A DNA stretch of 63,507 nt, counting the filler, from Collodictyon triciliatum (taxonomy: Eukaryota), in NCBI GenBank assembly GCA_043381765.1. It is 4 parts of 4 records of this genome, joined end to end, with 100 filler letters (N's around TTAATTAATTAA, not from the genome) between each part and the next. Parts side by side here need not be neighbours in the genome. Positions count along the whole stretch, not along the records: positions 1 to 29,519 come from JBHJMP010000961.1; positions 29,620 to 59,072 come from JBHJMP010000962.1; 2 more parts are not named here. One strand, 5' to 3'. Positions 17,701 to 31,639 of this stretch are shown one piece after another; position 1 is the first letter of the stretch; every line of letters starts with the position of its first letter. Both the position numbers and the translations under genes were made by a program. A model generated the notes under the pieces. It had not been told where the DNA came from. It saw only the letters and a program-made list of their open reading frames with translations, and made no database searches.

Positions 17701-20159
17701 CCAACCGAGATTCCAATATTTACACTGACCTATTTTAGATGATTTTTGGTGATGTGTTTTAAAGTGAAACCACATTGATTAAATCCCACTTGACTAGGCG
17801 TCAACTTTTTACATTCTTGGAGCATTTGATAGCCAACTTCGATTGTATTCATGCTGCCTTCACCAAATAGCCCACTCACAAACTTTACACAGCCAGAGTT
17901 AGCAAGTGAGCATGTAAAAATAAATGAAGCAACTGAATACTTACAGTGAAACATAATCCTGATCGATTAGCAGCAGATATATACCAAAATATTGTTTAAT
18001 CCACCACAAATTGAGTCGTGTTAAATAACTTTGATAATTTACTAAAAGGAAACATAAACCAGCTCAAACCTGCGCAATTCGTCATATGTAAATTATATCT
18101 AAGCATGCATATGATTGTTAGTATCAGCTTCTAATATTATCTGTTGAAGAGAGTTACCTTTTTGATACGACCATGACTACCCTAGGGTTTTTTTTTGCTG
18201 TTTAAGTAATTGTTATACACATGTATTTGAAAATTCACATTCTAAAGTGATTGATAAGTCCATCAATAGCATTCATAAAACAATCAAAACATACTCTAGT
18301 ACATCTTCCGCTTCATAGATAGCAGATTCTACACATTTCGGCTCGTTTCTTTTCAGATTAATTCTCAGGGTCAAAATACCACATTTTGTTTCTTTGTAAT
18401 ATGGATGCTTTTGGGATTTCGGAGGATATCCTTCATTACAGGGCTAAAAAAATGGAAAAGAACATCAATCATATATGGACATTAGCTGAAAATGTTGGAA
18501 GTAATGTCTTACATCGGATATATGTTGGACAACAGAAATTTAGTGTCAGACTTTGTGAGTTCTATAGATTTTTCTATATGCTTTAGCTTTTGTCTAGCAT
18601 AGAAAGACCTAAATATGGAATCAAACATGTTTTTTTATTCTTCTTTTCAATTGGTACGAGTTAGGAGAGTGAAATATTGAGTCCATGCATCGTATTTCAT
18701 TCTCATTTTATTAGTATTCAATATTTCGATAGGAAAAATCCCACCTTCTCCTTTGAGCTTCTGTAATCCTTAAGGAAGATATGCTAAGAATTGAGGCCAA
18801 AGAAAATGAAAACATCACTCGTGAAACGATGATGATGTCCATGTTAGTGAAGATGCCCAGCAAAATAAATGCATAGAAATTTGCAAAAAGCGTAACACAA
18901 AACTTGTCATTGAAATGAACGGGAAACACTACTATGAACCCCTAATGGTTGACATAACACGGAACATTAATATTATAGATATTGAAATATGATTTTTTTG
19001 GTCAAAAATGTTCTATCATAATGATCATTTTCATCAAATTATCTTTGGATAATTAGATAGATAAAATACAATAAACTGTTTGTTCAATACTACGAACAAA
19101 AATATTACCACAGCCACAATTTCACTCTCTGCCAATATTCTATCAGGGTCAATCGAAATAAAAAAAACTGGAACAGTAAAATGAGTACAAAGTAGTATGC
19201 TGGCACGATCTTGAAATACAGTCTATAAAATAGTTGGTAAAATCACTGCCCCTATCACATTTTACTTTCTCACTTTCATGTTACGCTTCTATGCTATTCT
19301 ATTATAATTTTTCCTTTTCTTTTCTATTATTTTCTGTTTTTTCTTGAATATTATGCTCTCTTCCTCCATGAATATGTAAGCCTGCTTACTTTTGAGCATT
19401 ATTTTCATCCTTCCAATGATGAAGTTTGAACAGGATGAAAACTAATACACCTCCAACTATCAGACTAGCAGCAACGATGCATAAATACACAAGGAACCAG
19501 GCGCTGAAGGATGACGATATACTGTTATTTGAACAAAAATATTCAGGATTGATTCCATGAAGGGGATAATGCTACCAATACCGAGATTATAGTTGGTTTG
19601 GCGGGGTGATATATTTAAACCTCAAAAAACATAGTCTTTTCACTTATCAACCTGTTTACGGACTGGTTGGCTCCATACATGCAGCATAAAACTGAAAGCA
19701 AAAGTGATATATTTATACTTTCACGGGTAACTTCGAGTCTGTACTTCTATTCTAGTCCACTGTCTTTAAAGCTATAGATTAAGTTAACTCCTTTAGTTGG
19801 GGTGACTTAATCAAGTAAAATGAAGTATATACAATTCCAAAATACCTGAAAGTTTTTGTATCGATATCACATTTGGGAAAATATGCTGAGTTTTGTTGGT
19901 CTTTGATGTATTTTTGCAAGACTGCTGGAAGAGGTGATTGTGCTGATATAGTGCTTGCAGAGCTGTCTAAAGGGAAATCACTGCCCGTACCAATCAAGGT
20001 AGAATCACTGATAATCTTGTGATGCATTCCAACCGAAACATGTGTGCTGTGCCTTAGCTTTCTAATTCGCATGCGATATAGCCACCCGTATCTCTGCGCA
20101 ATCGCATATTTCGTGAAGTATCGTGTGGCATCTTGTGAGGGGAATGCCACAGGCTTCAT
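14722..20159 (-). CDS. Multi-exon membrane protein with two degenerate class III adenylyl/guanylyl cyclase-like domains (TM-C1-TM-C2); 5' exons may extend to ~21700
   Basis: C1-like: VNIGISVGYVRGGIVENSKLSFNIIG..FDQAMLCNDYGSQWTVIVDEATKDL (17450-17730). C2-like: KIVIDIGDIVCGLIG..FNLISGKHTAVSRALYTTRHTLEGNIY/VTENVYSYIGK..IETKMGDRFSIYQI. Hydrophobic TM blocks at 16130-16870 and 18720-19500. Confidence 0.6.
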
Positions 20160-20239
20160 ATGGTGTCCCCGTTGTTTTCGTTTCTTTTTTTAAAATATCA
20201 GTTTTCCTGCCATATCACACGGATAGTTTTCTCCTTCAT

Positions 20240-20525
20240 TGTTTTTTTTATTGTTTTTATTGTTTTTATTGTTTTTATTGTTTTTTATTGTTTTTTTATT
20301 GTTTTTATTTTTTATTGTTTTTTTATTGTTTTTTATTGTTTTTATTGTTTTTTTATTGTTTTTTATTGTTTTTATTGTTTTTATTGTTTTTATTGTTTTT
20401 ATTGTTTTTTTATTGTTTTTTATTGTTTTTATTGTTTTTATTGTTTTTTATTGTTTTTTTATTGTTTTTTATTGTTTTTTTATTGTTTTTTATTGTTTTT
20501 TTTTATTGTTTTTTTTATTGCTTTT
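20240..20525. repeat. (TTTTTATTG)n simple repeat
   Basis: Seen directly. Confidence 0.95.
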
Positions 20526-21920
20526 ATTCTTTTTGTCGACAGGACTCGCCGACAGGCCAAAGCCTTCACATCCCAAGGTCACAGAGTCGCAGCCCTGGTT
20601 TGCAAAAAAAAGGTGCGACGCGCTCAAGGCGATATCTAAACTTTAATAGCTATCCATATGTGAATCAACAATAGTAATAAATTTACATATTGTGCAATGT
20701 ATTTTGTGACATATTCACTTTCAGGCAATCATACTGACTTTTAATTGTTCATATTAATAAATTCCACATGCAGAAATCGATTTCCATTTTGGATTATCTT
20801 GCAAATATAAAATTATGGGTTTATATGTTGATTACTCATATATACACCATTTCATTGAATGTCCGATTGTACACAGGGTTTTTTGACAGACAGAACAGCA
20901 GGCGTTGTCGCAGTGTTAACGAATCAAAAGCCGTTTCAACTCAATACCTTCCTTTTTTTTTTTTGCCCTATTTACTAATTTTTTTCTGCTCTTTACACTT
21001 CTGCTTCTGCTTGTATGTACTCTTTTTTTCGTTCTCTTTTGCTCATATTTTTCTTCTCTTTTTTTTTTCTCCCCCTTGTGTGTCTTCTCTTTCTTTTTCT
21101 CTTGTCTAATTCCTCTGCGATACCCCAGCTTTGTTGCCAACGCCCCTCAAAAAGCATTTTGATTATGTATAATATTTTTTTAGGACTGTTGAGCAATAAG
21201 GACTGGCTTGTAGGATCCTACTTTAACACCAAGAATACTTGTTGAGCAAATAATTCTACATAGCCTGGCGTGATGAAGAAGAATAATTCTTTCTAACTTG
21301 AACCAGATAGCAAAAATACCAAGCACCTTCTTTCACGCCTTAAGAATATTACATTTCAGACTCTAATACATTCCCATGAACTGGGCTCATAGATTACCCG
21401 CGAACATGTCTTCCCGTGTTGAGGAAGCCTTGGGTGATCCATCATGTATATCTAATCACACACTTGTTGGAAATGAATCAAAATCTCACAATGTGTGGAA
21501 ATATGCCAGCAGCTCGTGGAATCCTCCTAGTCCGTCATTAGTTTCCATCTCAAATGCATCAGTTATCGCTAATGAGGTTTTAATTTTACGTTTTATGAAC
21601 CATTTGTTAACTGCATGAACATATAGTCTTGCTGGCGTATCTGCAGATTTTTGCTCTAATTCTCAACATCAAATCTCTTAAAATCAGAATACCCGGATTA
21701 ATAACCATGCACTTTATTCATCGACCAAGAATACCAGGTAAAAAAAAAGGATTTTAAGCATATGGGTATATGAATGCTGAGATGAGACACGAGGATAACA
21801 TCAGTGCTCTACTACTTTCATTTTGTTTATTAAATTTGTTAAAATGAGAAATACCTGACCTCGATTATTATGACACAGAGAATTTCCAATCACTGCCACT
21901 GCCAGTTGTCTAATACAAGT

Positions 21921-24900
21921 ATGAATTATAGCATCCTCAAAGCAGCAGCGCTTATTCTAATTCTCTGGATTGCTTTTATGGGGATTGAAAGTTCTTATGC
22001 ATCTAAAATGGAAAAGTCGTATACTTTTATTCCTTATTTCTTGATATCGCTTTTAACTAGATGCATATTGTTAGCTTGGCTCGAATAAAGGGAAAAAACT
22101 AGACTATAACACTCAATCCAAAATAAACAATTAAGGGGTACTATCATCGCGGGATGCAATTACACCAAGAAAGACCTCATATCCATGGACCCCAATGAAG
22201 CTCTCCAAATATTATTGCAAATTCACGACGAAGTGTGTCCTGCTCAAACCGATGAAGAACACATGACATCATATTCAAATGTCATAAAAGATGGACGTAA
22301 AGGTAAACAACCAGTTAATTTATGTAACTATAAATATAAACTATTTCCTATTAAATACTCATCCGTTACGGGAAGGTACTTGGATGGAAGAAGACTCCGA
22401 TATAATGAGCAACCGATGGAGAAAAGAAAACGTCAGTCAATTAGACATTCTTTCCACCTTCTTCACATTGGTCAAGGGTAATGACTGGGTAAATAATATG
22501 TTCTGGAAAGACCCCAATACTCCTCTTTGTCGATGGTTTGGAGTCCTCTGTTATCAAGAATGCCCGAACGACTACATCTTGGTAAAAATTTTGCATTTTT
22601 AATCAATTTAATTGTGTTTTTTTTTATTAAGATTATATCTTTTATTATTAGTTGAATGTTTGCCCTGTCATTGGCCTTTCTTTGCCGAACAACAACCTAC
22701 ATGGAAATATCCAAGAAGTTATGTCTACTTTACAAGGATTTCCATATATGAGCAATATAGACTTTAGCAATAATCGATTGTTTGGAGACCTACCAAATCT
22801 TCAATTCACATTAATTGCGAGTTTAAATATTTTGCTCAATGATATCACGGGGACCATTCCTGATTTCCAAGGGATGCCAAACTTACGAGTCCTTAGGCTA
22901 GATGATAATCAATTGAAAGGGACAATACCAAATTTTTCTGCTGTTTTTTCTCTTAATGCTATATCAGTTGGGGGATCTGAAAATATTGCAGGTGATTTCA
23001 GCACATAAATCTTTCAAAATTACACAATCTGATGAGTTATATCAGGTACCATTCCAAATTTCGACCAAATGCCAAATCTACAGGCCCTTGGCATCTATAG
23101 ATCCCGGGTCTCTGGTAAACTATGAATAAAATTCGTCTCTATTTAATGAGTAACAACCTTGTATGAATTACGATATTTTAAGTTATTTTTTTTAACTCAG
23201 GCCCAGTACCAGACTTTTCAAACTTTCAAAATATGTTTGCTATATACTTGTCTAATAACCTATTGAGTGGTGAGTATCGATATATTGAGAAAAATCATAC
23301 CGTACACAATAAAACAAAAGTGAAAAGGTGAAAAAAAATCTAATGTTGCCCTTTTTAACAGGTTCTATTCCGAATTTTTATCACGTCCCATTTGTCAATC
23401 AAATTTATTTGTCTGGAAACGAGCTCAACGGTGAATTTTATTCTATCAATATTTTGCTAGATTTTTTTTTTAAGACAAAGAGGTATTAACATGAGGTTAT
23501 CAAATATATGTATATCATCAACAGGAACTGTTCCTGACCTAAATAGGGTTTCCGTCCTATCAATATTTGATGTATCTAATAACCGACTTATTGGTAATAT
23601 CACCAATACCCACATCATTATTCTTTTCCCGAAAAATATAAATATGAATCAAAATCATAAGTGCCGAACGTGACATTATATTTAGGAAAAATACCTGATT
23701 TCAAAGGAATTTTATATTTGACGGAATTAGACATTTCCATGAATCAATTAGAGGGTAAACTAATCAGAATTACATGCATCTTGGCGCCTACTATGAAGCA
23801 AATAGAGATAATTGCACCTTTGTATGAATTATATTTGATATGGTTCATACACTAGGAGAAATCCCAGACTTCAGTTCTATTTCTCTAGTTGTCAAGTTGG
23901 ATTTGTCCAATAATAGATTTATTGGTATACTCCTCAACCAAGCACTCACTTTTGCAATTTAAGTGTAAATTTTAACACTTGATACGGTTCTTTATTCAGG
24001 GGATGTACCAGAGCTGCCAAATTTACCAATGACCCGATATTTGTATCTCTCTAGCAACTATCTAAATGGTAATATTTTACATCATCTTTTCTTTATTTCC
24101 TTTTCGCTTGCGTGTAAAAAAAACCATTTCAAATACATCAGGCTACATCCCGAACTTTCCAAATTTGCCAAACCTAGAAAGAATCGACTTATCTGACAAC
24201 ACCTTGAAAGGTTTTATATAACATGCGAAGAATCAAGTGCTTTTCTGATACGTCACAATATCACACTTCAATTAAAGTTCCGAAGGAAAAATCCATATTT
24301 TTTTTTAAAAAAGGACGGTTTTCTAGGAACTATGCCAGACTTTGAAAATTTGCCAAGCCTTATATCAATGGATATTTCAAACAATAAGCTAGCAGGTTTG
24401 CTAATACTTAACTGTATCAAAATAATAATTTCAGAAATGTCTTGTCTCTGACAATTCGTTATTTGTTATAGGAACTGTACCGAATTTCAGCCTTATTCCG
24501 AATATTTTTAATATGTCCCTTTCAAGCAATAATCTTGAAGGTAGTTTCCCCACATTACTCCAATTTATATACTTTTACTATATATAGTAAGATCATAATA
24601 ATCACCATTCTTTTTATCATTCCTATCGTTATTTTAGTATTTCACAGTTTGCTGACACTTATAAATATTGTAGGAGAGCTTCCAGACTTTGACAAAATCC
24701 CAAAAATAAATATGATTTTCATATTCAGTACCTTCATCAATGGTACATTTGTATTGTAAATTTATGAACATATATTGCATTTATAAAAAAAATCAACTGG
24801 ATACACAGGCACAATCCCAAACTTTCGTCACTTGCAAAAGATATCATCTTTGATTCTCCACAGCAACGAACTTTCAGGTACCTAGAAGCAAATATATGCA

Positions 24901-25051
24901 AATTCAGATGTAGTATAATTAAGTAAAGCACTATGTAACTGAAAACGGAATATTAGGAACAATCCCTGATTTCGGCTTTATCCGCAACGTATCTGTGATA
25001 GACCTATCAAATAACAAATTAAGTGGTAGGATGAAAATTTTACTGTCGATT

Positions 25052-25141
<90 letters not shown>

Positions 25142-28100
25142 TCTTCCTTTCAACTTTTTGTGCAGGGCCGTGGGGGTGTTGGCTTTGATTTACTGTCGAT
25201 TGTTAAAAGTTAAAACATAGGCACTATCTCGTTTAAATTTCAACACTCCAATGTAGGAGTCCTGCCCAATTTCGAAAACATAAGGAATATTTCTAGAATT
25301 AATCTATCTGGAAATCAACTTAATGGTAATATTTTGTATTAATTTTTTTAGTTCACTTTGATGCAGTTTTTTCCCGTTCTTTTATAAGAATCAACAACAT
25401 GTGTATAGGAACGATACCAGATTTTAACAATATTCAAGACCTAATGTTCTTATCTCTTTCAAGCAATCGCCTGACAGGTAATTTTTTATATTTGATATCG
25501 ATATTTGAATGATATGTTTATGTAATACGTGGTGCAAATATAATTTTTTTTTATTAAAAAGAGACAATTACTTACATTTTAGGCACCATACCTAATTTTC
25601 ACCATATTCCATCGGCTCTTTCAATCGATCTGTCCAACAACGAGCTAATGGGTGAATCTGACTTTTTCCAAGATACCATACGTGTGTTTTTTTTTTCTGT
25701 ATCTGAAAAAAAAATGCCAATTGGTTATTTAAGAATATACTCTCCCCAAAATATAGGAGTAGTGCCAGATTTTGACCTATTAGAAAGTCTCCTTAACATG
25801 GACATTTCTAGGAATGATTTAAATGGTGATAAAAAGTCACCCTTTGATATATATGGACGCTCCTTTAAACATCGTCATTTTGAAGATAGTATTTATTAAT
25901 TGTACAACAATCCTAGGCTCCCTTCCTGACTTTTCAAGTCTTCCTCGACTGAAAATATTATATGCATATGATAACAATCTATCTGGGTACATTCCAAACT
26001 TAAGAAAATGCCCTGATATCGAAGAAGTCCTGCTCTTCAGAAACAAATTGGTTGGATTATTACCTAATCTAGACCATGCGAAGCTTGTTAAGATGGACTT
26101 TAGTGAAAATCACATTTCTGGTGGTGTTCCCTTTGGCTGGAATATTCCTGCGATACAATTTCTAGACATATCGCGCAACAATATCACTGGCACCATCCCA
26201 GAGTATTTCGAACGACTGTACAAATTAAAATCAATCACTTTGTCTCACAATAGATTGTATGGTGGGATTCCGAAGCTTTTCTGGAATCTCGAAAATCTCA
26301 TTTCCATAGATTTGAGAAATAATTCATTCGAAGGAGACATCGGAGTCTTTCTCGTTCCACCAACCGGTCACCACAACTATTCGTATGAGACTTTGATTTT
26401 GGATGACAATAAACTCGTTGGAGAGTTGAATTGGAGGTTGTTCAATTTCATACCTAATTTAAATACACTGAGTTTGAGAAATAATCGGATTTCAAGACTT
26501 GGTTCATTGCCCGGTTTGCTTAAATGGAAAAGTGTTGATGTCTCTGGGAATCCGATCCACGGAGCTGTCCCAAATTCATTTAGCCAGTTCACTAAGTTAG
26601 AATATCTCGGGTTGAAAAATACGTCCATGAACCACGGTAATGAAGATTATCTACCCAGTTTTATGATGTACTCTGACCCATATAATCTAGAAGATAAATC
26701 AAATCTTTACATTTGCCCTTCCATAATTGTGCAAGATGGAGTCTATGAAACAAAAGTGGATATAAACCCAGCATATTATGATTTTACATTTTGTCATTGC
26801 TTGCCAAACTACTTTGGGTTTGGAAATAAATGCATCAAATGTCCCAGAGAATGCGATTGTAACAATGGACTTACTCTAAAAGGCTGCTATTCATCTCCTA
26901 GTGTCAATGAAATCAAGTATATTATTTCTTGCCCCAAGCCAGACTCTTGTCAAATAAGTATACCAGAGACATTATCACAATCCAATTCAACCCCAAAGAT
27001 AGTNNNNNNNNNNNNNNNNNNNNNNNNNNNNNNNNNNNNNNNNNNNNNNNNNNNNNNNNNNNNNNNNNNNNNNNNNNNNNNNNNNNNNNNNNNNNNNNNN
27101 NNNNNNNNNNNNNNNNNNNNNNNNNNNNNNNNNNNNNNNNNNNNNNNNNNNNNNNNNNNNNNNNNNNNNNNNNNNNNNNNNNNNNNNNNNNNNNNNNNNN
27201 NNNNNNNNNNNNNNNNNNNNNNNNNNNNNNNNNNNNNNNNNNNNNNNNNNNNNNNNNNNNNNNNNNNNNNNNNNNNNNNNNNNNNNNNNNNNNNNNNNNN
27301 NNNNNNNNNNNNNNNNNNNNNNNNNNNNNNNNNNNNNNNNNNNNNNNNNNNNNNNNNNNNNNNNNNNNNNNNNNNNNNNNNNNNNNNNNNNNNNNNNNNN
27401 NNNNNNNNNNNNNNNNNNNNNNNNNNNNNNNNNNNNNNNNNNNNNNNNNNNNNNNNNNNNNNNNNNNNNNNNNNNNNNNNNNNNNNNNNNNNNNNNNNNN
27501 NNNNNNNNNNNNNNNNNNNNNNNNNNNNNNNNNNNNNNNNNNNNNNNNNNNNNNNNNNNNNNNNNNNNNNNNNNNNNNNNNNNNNNNNNNNNNNNNNNNN
27601 NNNNNNNNNNNNNNNNNNNNNNNNNNNNNNNNNNNNNNNNNNNNNNNNNNNNNNNNNNNNNNNNNNNNNNNNNNNNNNNNNNNNNNNNNNNNNNNNNNNN
27701 NNNNNNNNNNNNNNNNNNNNNNNNNNNNNNNNNNNNNNNNNNNNNNNNNNNNNNNNNNNNNNNNNNNNNNNNNNNNNNNNNNNNNNNNNNNNNNNNNNNN
27801 NNNNNNNNNNNNNNNNNNNNNNNNNNNNNNNNNNNNNNNNNNNNNNNNNNNNNNNNNNNNNNNNNNNNNNNNNNNNNNNNNNNNNNNNNNNNNNNNNNNN
27901 NNNNNNNNNNNNNNNNNNNNNNNGTCTTTCTGTTGTTTTTGATTGGACTCCCAGTACTTATATGGAAGAAAATCGATACATTGGATTCATCAGAAAAGGA
28001 CAATATAGCAAGATTCGGTTTCCTTTATCTACCATACAAAGAGGTTTGAAAAATACATAAAATTTTATTTTTCGGTTAATTATGCCTAATTATTCATATT

Positions 28101-28621
28101 ATTTTGTTACAGGAATACAGATACTGGGAATTCGTCATCATAGCCCGGCGCATTGCTTTCTCATTTATTATAAGTGTTATACCTTACACAGATGCATCCG
28201 TTTTCTACCTCCTCCTTGTTGTTGTCATCCAGGTAATATTAATAATTTTATTTCTGTAATTTTTTTTTTGAAAAATAGAAACGCAACCAACGGAACATGT
28301 TTTTCCTCTTCTCAGACCTCCATATGGACTCAAAACAAGTACCAACCCTACAACACCTCCCTCCAAAACCGAATGGAGCTCTCCAGTCTATACGTCATCT
28401 TTGTCTCTTTTTTCCTTGCTTTACTGTCAAGCCTTCTTGGCTCAGAGAGTTGGATTACTATTATTTTGATATCTTTAAATATTCTTTGGCTGATGGTCTC
28501 CTTATATATCGCTTTTATTCTCCCATTGTTCAAAAAAATGCAAATTGGGAATCGAATCGAGTTTATGCTATCACCAGTCGAGGTTGAGATGCAAGTTGTG
28601 CGCAACGGAGAGCAAAGATAG
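21921..28621 (+). CDS. LRR receptor-like membrane protein: signal peptide, LRRNT cap, >25 plant-type LRRs, Cys-rich region, multi-TM C-terminus (partly in gap)
   Basis: Signal peptide MNYSILKAAALILILWIAFMG; cap motif W..NTPLCRWFGVLC; repeats of type GxIPDFxxLxxLxxLDLSNNxLx; CHCLPNYFG..CIKCPRECDC; hydrophobic helices after the gap at 27004-27923. Confidence 0.88.
25055..25188 (-). mobile_element. Extremely 5'-truncated LINE insertion (~50 nt 3' end plus poly-A) with 16-bp TSD, inside an LRR intron
   Basis: TSD TTTACTGTCGATTGTT at 25039-25054 and 25189-25204. A poly-T tract is followed by sequence resembling the LINE 3' end at 29130-29178. Confidence 0.85.
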
Positions 28622-29123
28622 GCTGCCGTATAAAACAGAACCACGACATGCTCCTAGTGTCCCCGAGAAACCATAAAATGCCTTTCAATAAACTCTTCAA
28701 TACTTTAATCACTGTCGTATCATTTTCTTCACAAAGTGCTCTCCACTGTGATATTTAATGTTCAATATGAAAATGGCCGGAGGAGCGAGAAAGGCTACGA
28801 TTCTACCTGACTTTGTTTTGGGCATTGAGCAATTTTGAAAGAAAAATAGATATATATATATATATATAGCTTTCGGGTGTCTGTGTTTGTCCATAGCGCA
28901 AAACAGGTCCTTTCAGAGTATCCAACTTTCAATCGAAATGATTAGGTCTAATGGGTTGTAGAGTATCTGGTCTGTGGCCGCTTACAACGCAATCATTTAG
29001 ATTTCTGTAAGCTATCCACATTTTTGTCTCATGTTGTTCTGGAACGGCTTCTTGGGCTTGTCCTGTGTGCGCCTCTAAAGATTTTTTTTTTATATTTCCC
29101 CTTTATTCGATTCAAAGTTTAGA

Positions 29124-29519
29124 TTTTTTATATTCTTTCTTTCAATTTTGTGCAGGATGGTGGAGATGTTGGCTTTGGTTCGCTAGCCATCGTTTGCGTG
29201 GACGCTACTTGGTGGCCAGGTGGCAGAGAAGTAGTCGGTAATCAGGATTTGCATCCTGCTGTTTGTCCTGTAGCCTGGGTCTTGCGCTTGCATGAGAGAT
29301 AAAAGGCGAGGTTTAATCTCTTTCTCAGCTTCTTTCTACATGTCTCTTCTCACAGGGTCTGAGTAGTAGAGAACGTGCAGGTGGCGAAGGAAGCTGTTGA
29401 GGAAAGAGATTTGCATGATGTCATCCAGCCTGTTATCAGGAATGGGTGGCTGGTTGTTGAGTCTTGCTTTGCGTGAGTATATGCGCGCTATCCACATAGT
29501 CCATAGCAAATGGCCTCGC
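29124..29519 (-). mobile_element. Non-LTR retrotransposon (L1/Tx1-like) 3' end fragment
   Basis: Reverse complement matches 31135-31490 (GHLLWTMWIAR..QAQDPGYR); cut by the linker gap. Confidence 0.85.
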
Positions 29520-29619
29520 NNNNNNNNNNNNNNNNNNNNNNNNNNNNNNNNNNNNNNNNNNNNTTAATTAATTAANNNNNNNNNNNNNNNNNNNNNNNNN
29601 NNNNNNNNNNNNNNNNNNN
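29520..29619. other. Artificial contig linker (N44-TTAATTAATTAA-N44)
   Basis: A six-frame stop 12-mer flanked by Ns; the same structure occurs at 59073-59172 and 62331-62430. Confidence 0.95.
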
Positions 29620-29947
29620 GACACAAAAGACACAAAAAGACACAAAAAGACACAAAAAGACACAAAAAGACACAAAAAGACACAAAAAGACACAAAAAGA
29701 CACAAAAAGACACAAAAGACACAAAAGACACAAAAGACACAAAAGACACAAAAAGACACAAAAAGACACAAAAAGACACAAAAAGACACAAAAAGACACA
29801 AAAAGACACAAAAAGACACAAAAAGACACAAAAGACACAAAAGACACAGAAGACACAAAAGACACAAAAGACACAGAAGACACAAAAGACACAAAAGACA
29901 CAAAAGACACAAAAGACACAAAAGACACAAAAGACACAAAAGACACA
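29620..29947. repeat. (GACACAAAA[A])n simple repeat
   Basis: Seen directly. Confidence 0.95.
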
Positions 29948-30519
29948 GCACATGAAGTAACTCTATAGAGCGATGGAGGCTTTTGCTCAATAATCCAGGC
30001 TTTTCCCTTGAATTGAATAAAGGAAAGGAAGAAAAAAGAAAACACGATCCAGGCTTTTCGCCCTCGAAGGGCTCGTAATGCTGGCTTTCGGCTGCTTTTG
30101 ATTTGGTTGCATTTGTGTGGGCAGAAAACAGAAGAAAATGAGTGGTCGAATATACATTTTTGGTATGAACAACGGGCGAGAAGGAACCAGGCAGACCGCA
30201 ACAGCAGGCGTTTAGATATGAGAAGACTGCCAAAGTTCCTCGACTTAAAAAGAAGCTTCTGAATGGTTCTCGATTTAAAGTTTATAGAATATTCGCATAA
30301 TTTTAGTTTCTCAAAAGCGAAAAGGAAAAAAAAAAAAAAAAGAAATAGCGGGCACTTCGCTTGCACGGGTGATACGTTCGGGAATGGGAGAGCAATATAA
30401 GCTGATAAAAATGCGGATTTGATGTGATAATTTTACAATCTATGAATTTTTAGTTTATAATTCTCATGGTGGTGGCATTGAGTTCGGCATTCATGATTCA
30501 ATATTAGTGTAAATCACAA

Positions 30520-31500
30520 CGCCAGGCTCACTGCATTCCGCACACAAGATGCACAGCCAACCACAGCCGTCCTGAATAACAAAGGAAAATGGCGCTCACG
30601 AAGACCAATCTCATACGACATCCCGTCGCCATTCTTCTTCCGCCTCAAGAACGAACGCTCGTCTAACGGTGCGCAGTCTATGCAGTTCTTGGTGGCTATG
30701 GCCTACTCCAAACTCTTTCGATACATAATATCGCCGCCGACACCCTTCAAAAAGTCAAATCATCAACGATGGGGAGAAACACTGGGCATCACCCACACCC
30801 TGCTCACCGCGAGCTGGAGACAAGCACGAACCCCGCAAGTCCTTCCAAATCACCGCTCTCTAATGCTTAATATCACCAATAGGGAGCTATGGATAGGCAC
30901 ACGCGCGGCAAAAGCTGGCAAAGTCTCCCAACAATACACACTACTTTGCAGCAACGGTGATGAATACATTGAGCACACATTTGTACAGTGTCCCTTCGCT
31001 CAAAACCTGCGCGAAACAGCCGGCGAGATTCTTCGACTGACACTCAAGACGATTGCGGCTGTTTGTTCAATCCAGGCGATATTTGGACCTCTACAATAGC
31101 TGCGTCCAGAGGCAAAAACATTCTGGGCAGTTACGCGAGGCCATTTGCTATGGACTGTGTGGATAGCACGTTCATACTCACGCAAAGCAAGACTCAACAA
31201 CCAGCCACCCATTCCTGTTAACAGGCTGGATGACATCATACAAATCTCTTTCCTCAATAGCTTTCTTCGCCACCTGCACGTTCTCTACTACTCCGACCCT
31301 GTGAGAAGAGATATGTGGAAAGAAGCTGAGAAGGATATTCAACCTCGCCTTGTATCTCTCATGCAAGCACAAGACCCAGGCTACAGGCCAAACCGCAGGA
31401 TGCAATTCCTGATTACGGACTACTTCTCCGTCACCCGGCCAACAAATAGCGCCCATGCAAACGATGGCTAGCGAACTAAAGCCAAAAACTCCATCTTAAA
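30520..31500 (+). mobile_element. Non-LTR retrotransposon (L1/Tx1-like) ORF2 C-terminal fragment, degenerate
   Basis: zf-RVT-like zinc knuckle LCSNGDEYIEHTFVQCPFAQ followed by LWTVWIAR; broken reading frame; two more copies in the window. Confidence 0.8.
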
Positions 31501-31639
31501 ATAATTGAGCAGAATAAAAGATGATCGACAGCATCCGAGAGATGTTCATGTTCTGGTTATTTTTATTCTGTGATATCTTTCCACCTTGGATGGCATTTCC
31601 GGCAGCCAAGTATGCATGTAAGGCAACTTATCCTTTCCA

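Noticed and set aside
26929-28003. Long X-containing ORFs (also 37714-39000)
   Set aside because: Artefacts of reading through N-gaps.
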